A DNA stretch of 64,000 bases from Picochlorum sp. SENEW3 (lineage: Eukaryota), in contig CP120464.1 of the NCBI GenBank assembly GCA_034226945.1, positions 248,001 to 312,000 on the forward strand. Reading direction: 5' to 3'. The translations under genes were made by a program, and so were the position numbers. The notes beneath the pieces were generated by a model. It worked only from the letters and a program-made list of their open reading frames with translations, was not told where the DNA came from and did not search any database. This document shows positions 57,901-64,000 of this stretch, one piece after another. How positions within the stretch are numbered: position 1 is the stretch's first letter; every line of letters begins with the position of its first letter.

Positions 57901-58575
57901 ATTGTCCCTCATACTGCGGAACATATTTGGCGTAATCTATTGAAGAAGGATGGATTTATCATCAAGGCAGGGTGGCCAAAGCAAGAACCAATCGACCTGA
58001 TATTGCAGTCAATGGCAACATACATTGAGTCAACGATTGCACATCTGAGGAAATCGATCATAAGAGCAGAACAGCCTCCAAAGGCTAGAAAAGGTGAACC
58101 TGCTGCTCCACCTCCAAGTCCTGTGTGTGCACTAGAGCTGGTGGTACCTTCAGAGTATGGTGGTTGGCAAGCAAAAGCTCTTGACATCTTAAAAGGCATC
58201 TTCGAAGAGCACACGGCTGCTGGGTCGCCAAATGGTAAAAAATTCCCGGACGGTTTGATGGGCTTGATCATGAGCAAAGTCCGCCAGGACAAGGAATTCC
58301 TTGACATGGGCCAAAAGGCAATCAAGGCAACCATCATGCCCTTCTTCAAGACCAAGGCAGACAATGCTGAGATCACTGGAATCCAAAGCCTTGACATTAA
58401 GCTGCCTTTCGATGAATTTGCTATTCTCACAGAGAATGCTAAATATCTTGAGAGATCTCTCAAGCTGGATTCCATCAGTGTGCGCAGCATCACATATGAG
58501 CAGCAACAGCATGAGAATGATCTAATTAAATCTGCTGCACCGGGATCCCCAGCAGCTTTATTCACCCATTCTTGA
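54973..58575 (+). CDS. LARS1: Cytosolic leucyl-tRNA synthetase, 3 exons
   Basis: FPYPYMNGLLHLGH (HIGH), ATLRPETM, GTGIVTSVPSDAPDD and KMSKS; introns 55000-55241 and 55850-55922. Confidence 0.96.
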
Positions 58576-58639
58576 AAACCATCTTTATTTCCTTTACATC
58601 TAACGTAAAACAACAAACAATTAGAATTTATAAATGCAC

Positions 58640-59185
58640 TCATGTGCCCCATGGAAACTGATCTGCTGGATCACTATCAGGGTCCTGAGGATCCCACTGT
58701 GAATTGCTTGTCCCCTGCGATGCCATTTCCCCTCTCCTAAACGTCGGCCTGACGCGTTTGATAGGTACAGCAACAGAGTATATTGTTCCAACCTCGGGAT
58801 CCATGGACATGTTGACTTCAACAGCCTCCTCAGCTTCAATCTCCACATAATCCGTCATTGCCTTGACAATACTCTCTCTCATCCCAACCAGAGAATCAGA
58901 GCTCATACCACAACGATCAGCGACTAGAATCATTCTTAATCTATTCTTCCCCTCTTCCTTGGGGGAAAGACTCTTCTTCTCTGGGAAAAAAATCCTCCAA
59001 GCAGCCTTCAACTTTGTCATGAAATCTGCATCCTCTGAAATCCCAGCCAAGTTCTTCTCCATTGTCATTGCAGATCCCTCACTTCTTCTATACGATGAAA
59101 CTGGACTCACCCTGGGGCGCTGAATCTGAGGTCGCGTAGACCTACCAGCCCAAGTACTATTGCCCAGACTCCCAGACGCTCTCAT
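58640..59185 (-). CDS. MINE1: Chloroplast division topological specificity factor MinE
   Basis: AWRIFFP, KNRLRMILVADRC and GTIYSVAVPIKRV; transit peptide. Confidence 0.9.
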   Translation of the reverse strand: MRASGSLGNSTWAGRSTRPQIQRPRVSPVSSYRRSEGSAMTMEKNLAGISEDADFMTKLKAAWRIFFPEKKSLSPKEEGKNRLRMILVADRCGMSSDSLVGMRESIVKAMTDYVEIEAEEAVEVNMSMDPEVGTIYSVAVPIKRVRPTFRRGEMASQGTSNSQWDPQDPDSDPADQFPWGT

Positions 59186-59805
59186 CTTTGCATCAACCAC
59201 CCGATATACGAAACTGAATTTTCAAATGAAAGGTGAAACTGTACACGGCGCACTCTCCAAGAAACACCCTCAACTGTTAGACCAACAACGCCTTTCCAAA
59301 ATATCCAGACCCTATCCTACACAAGAGCACGCATCCATCCTGTCACTATCTCCTCATGTATTATTTTTGTTATTTACAAGTGTTGACACCGTGGTATCAT
59401 CTTCACAACGCCAAGAGAAACGATACCAACGACGAAGACATTGTAACCGCCATTATGGAATAATATTCCGTCACTCTGCCAAGTCTTTCTCAGTATGCAT
59501 CCATCTTATATCGTACCTGTCCAGATATCCAAATTATTATTACGGAATAATTCTATGGAATGTTACTGATTGGAGAGTGCTCGCACTACCTGCGTACTGT
59601 GGTACGCATGACATTTTTAAATGCCGACTCACGGAATTGAAGATGAAAATCTCTGCAGTTTTGTCCATGGAATGTTCTCAGCCAACATGACTGCAACACC
59701 AGTAGCAAGATTGCATGGTCCTTCATAGGTGGCACAACGACGCATGGTTGAAATATATTCATTTATATGAAAACTATTGTGTGATTAGGAGTTTATACAT
59801 TGAAC

Positions 59806-61366
<1,561 letters not shown>

Positions 61367-61568
61367 GCACATACATCATCGTATATCGCACCATGTTGGG
61401 CCATATCCAACAACTGCAGTTCCAACTGCATGCATGCATGGTTATAAATTAGATCTTTTAAAAAATGTGTGTACAGTAGCGTTGTAATCCATCCTTGTTC
61501 TACTACTGCAATGCATGTAGATGCCCATGTCATTTGACTTTTATTTTGAATTACACGCATACATCGTC

Positions 61569-62184
61569 ATGGTGCGTTGGTATTGATACTCGATTTCCTA
61601 AAAATAGAAGAATCCAGCCTGATTTTGCAATTTATATTCAATCATTCTACCTAATTAATTCGTGTGGGTTATAACCTATGCAGGTATTCATAGTACTATA
61701 TATCAAGGCAGATCTCGAAGAGATCGAAAGGCTTCGATTGGCACCCGGCTGTAGCTTTGAACTCGACCTCCAAGAAAGCAGTGGACACGAAGTCAGGCAG
61801 GGCGTCCATATTGATGACTCTGAGGAGCACGACCTACCTGGATCTCGTGGAACAGCTCACTTTGCTATGAAATGGGCCAAGGATAGCAAGCACATGGCCA
61901 CTATCAGCATTGAAAGGTCGCTCAAGGGGGTCTTTGGCCCAGAGAGTGGTCTTTCGAAAGATGACCATGGCACATTTGTGCCAGTCGTTGGATTCGAATG
62001 CCGTGGAGTTGAACCAATAGCGTGGTACCCCAGAGATGAGTTTGTTGCAGAAGGAGAATCTGGGCATGTATGGAAGGAAGGGGTGGATTTGTCAGAGAAG
62101 GAATGGTTCGAGTATGATGACAGCTCTGGCAATTCTGTAAGCATTGAGAATTTGGAGTATGAATTCCGCTCCTATAAAAAGTAG
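61569..62184 (+). CDS. DUF866/UPF0587 (CZIB-like) protein, ATG-only first coding exon
   Basis: L.IKADLE.I, EEHDLPGSRGTAHF, FECRGVEP and DLSEKEWFEYDD..G.SVSI; ATG|gtgcgt intron 61572-61683. Confidence 0.82.
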
Positions 62185-62378
62185 TTCTGTTTTTTCACTT
62201 TTGGATATCGATATACATTACTATTGATAACAGATAGATTGATAGATACTGGTGTCCACATTTCCTCTCGTTTTCCATGGTCTTCAATTTCATACGCTGG
62301 TGCTTCAAAAGAGGCATATATACTCAATTATGATTACCATTGATGCATAGATAATGGTTTACTCGTGATTGTGGCAGG

Positions 62379-63599
62379 ATGGAAGACATTGTGAAGGATT
62401 CGTTGGTTCGGATGGGATACGATCGAGAGGCGAATGATGTGGTTCAAGTATTGTTGAGAGAGCATCGAAAGTCATTTACTCGGTGTCATGTGGAGCCATA
62501 CACGTTTGAGAATGGAGAGGAGGAGCGCTTGGTGAAGTTGTTGGGTGGCGTGTCTATAGAGTACAAGGGGGAGGGGTACAGACTGCCTGCTGTCGTATTT
62601 TTGCCAAAGGATTTTCCAATCATGGCGCCGATTGTGTATATGAATCCGAATGAAAGCATGGTCAGGAATCCAAAATGTCCCTATGTGGATGCGAATTTCA
62701 GAGTGAAGACAGAGTATTTGGATGCATGGAATTATCCATTTGTGAGCCTCTCGGATATGTATGAGGATTTGAAGCAGCGTTTTTCGCAGGCACCTCCCCT
62801 GAGGAATAATAGTAGTGTGAGAAAAGAGAGACATTATCGTGATAGTGGGAGGGTGCGACAGGAGGATGGGAGCTCTCAGCATGCAGCATATCATCATCCT
62901 GATGTGGTGGCAGCAGAGGAGGCTATGAGGAAGTCTCTCGCGATACAGTTTCATCATGCGCTGCAAGATATTTTGATTGTAGATTATAGGCATGAGGAAG
63001 AGGTAGGAAGAGATGTGTTGGAGAAGAATAGGGCTCTGCAGAGTACGATGAAGACATTGCATGAGGAGCAGAGAGCATTGGATGATTGTATTTCTGAGTT
63101 GTCATCAACAATACGGAAGCTCGATGTGTGGTTAGAACGTGAGGAGCATAAATCACGAGATGTGAAACGAGTGTCGCGAGGAAAAGTGGATGCGTATAGT
63201 GCCATTGTTCCAGTTGATGATTGCTTGCAGGATGTGCTCGAGTCTGAGGCATGCATGAAGGCTGTGAATGATGCTGTAGTGCTGCTCGATAATGCGCTGA
63301 GTGAGTCTAGAATATCGTGGAAAGAATACAAGAGGATGATCAGTCAGCTTGCGAATTACAAGTTCCAGGCAAAGGTGTTGAATTTGAAGGCATATGAAGG
63401 TCGTTTTGCAAGTACTGTTGGGCAGCCATCGAGTTCGCGTCCCAACGATTTGGATATTCCTGATTTATGTATACCATCATATCCAAGAATTGAAGGTGCA
63501 GAGAGCTTGGGGGCACCCTCTCCCCCCACATCTGATCAGGTTGATGAGGAAAATCCCTTGTTGGAAGCTGCTGCACGACTTGTGAGAGAGGGATGCTAG
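62379..63599 (+). CDS. VPS23: ESCRT-I subunit Vps23/TSG101/ELC-like; 5' exon(s) possible
   Basis: UEV domain (YKGEGYRLP...LPKDFP..APIVY, YLDAW), coiled coil and steadiness-box-like C-terminal region. Confidence 0.82.
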   Translation: MEDIVKDSLVRMGYDREANDVVQVLLREHRKSFTRCHVEPYTFENGEEERLVKLLGGVSIEYKGEGYRLPAVVFLPKDFPIMAPIVYMNPNESMVRNPKCPYVDANFRVKTEYLDAWNYPFVSLSDMYEDLKQRFSQAPPLRNNSSVRKERHYRDSGRVRQEDGSSQHAAYHHPDVVAAEEAMRKSLAIQFHHALQDILIVDYRHEEEVGRDVLEKNRALQSTMKTLHEEQRALDDCISELSSTIRKLDVWLEREEHKSRDVKRVSRGKVDAYSAIVPVDDCLQDVLESEACMKAVNDAVVLLDNALSESRISWKEYKRMISQLANYKFQAKVLNLKAYEGRFASTVGQPSSSRPNDLDIPDLCIPSYPRIEGAESLGAPSPPTSDQVDEENPLLEAAARLVREGC

Positions 63600-63658
63600 A
63601 TATACCAGTATTGCATACAACAAAGACATATTCAATTGATTGATATAATGCAATTGTA

Positions 63659-64000
63659 TTACTTGTCAGAATCATCTGCTTTGCGCTTTTTCACGTCTTT
63701 ATCGATGCTCTGTTTTGCCTTTTTCAACTCGTGGCGTTCTCTCCTCCGTTTTGCACTTTGTTTCGCTGTCACTTGTCTATGACAAGCGCTACACAGTGTC
63801 CGAAGATTCCTTTCACTACATTGGCCCCCACCCTCGAACACTGGGCGGATATGATCAACTTGCCATGCCTGACCACCGAGGGCCTTTTTAGCAAGGTTTG
63901 CCTGCATTGTTCCTGTGAGTCCAGACATGAAGGTTTTGTACTCGCGATCTAGAAACTTTTTACGCCGATCTAACCAGTTATTACTACCTTTTTCAATGGA
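63659..64000 (-). CDS. C-terminal HNH endonuclease domain, ZRANB3-like (5'-truncated by window)
   Basis: WQVDHIRPVFEGGGQC...NLRTLC..CH..VT; frame open to the window edge. Confidence 0.8.
   Translation of the reverse strand, partial: SIEKGSNNWLDRRKKFLDREYKTFMSGLTGTMQANLAKKALGGQAWQVDHIRPVFEGGGQCSERNLRTLCSACHRQVTAKQSAKRRRERHELKKAKQSIDKDVKKRKADDSDK

Noticed and set aside
59160..59690. 176-aa ORF between MinE and GAPDH
   Set aside because: TTG start, overlaps the MinE start, no motifs; probably promoter/UTR sequence.
63659..64000. HNH domain as a homing endonuclease or mobile element
   Set aside because: Motif context matches the C-terminus of ZRANB3-type helicases, and the frame continues beyond the window.

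Overview
Gene-dense eukaryotic nuclear DNA from a compact-genome green alga. A trebouxiophyte such as Picochlorum is inferred from mostly ~60-140 nt GT-AG introns, TGTAA poly(A) signals, plastid-targeted genes and tiny intergenic gaps. About 37 protein-coding genes can be supported, mostly housekeeping. The centrepiece is a four-gene urea utilisation cluster (34.0-43.1 kb): urea carboxylase, a DUR3 urea transporter, and an allophanate hydrolase split at its domain boundary into two divergently transcribed genes. Both bidirectional promoters in the cluster carry the same inverted telo-box-like element. Other notable items are a TA-flanked 283-bp MITE upstream of a Strawberry-notch helicase with a PIP-box and UBA tail, a GAPDH with a ~60-aa tail ending CALC, an LMW-PTP-like pseudophosphatase fused to helical repeats, a cysteine-less CZIB homologue, a dense nested-palindrome cluster and two candidate structured RNAs. 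No rRNA, tRNA or CRISPR array was recognised. All calls come from motif recognition by eye; no database searches were run.
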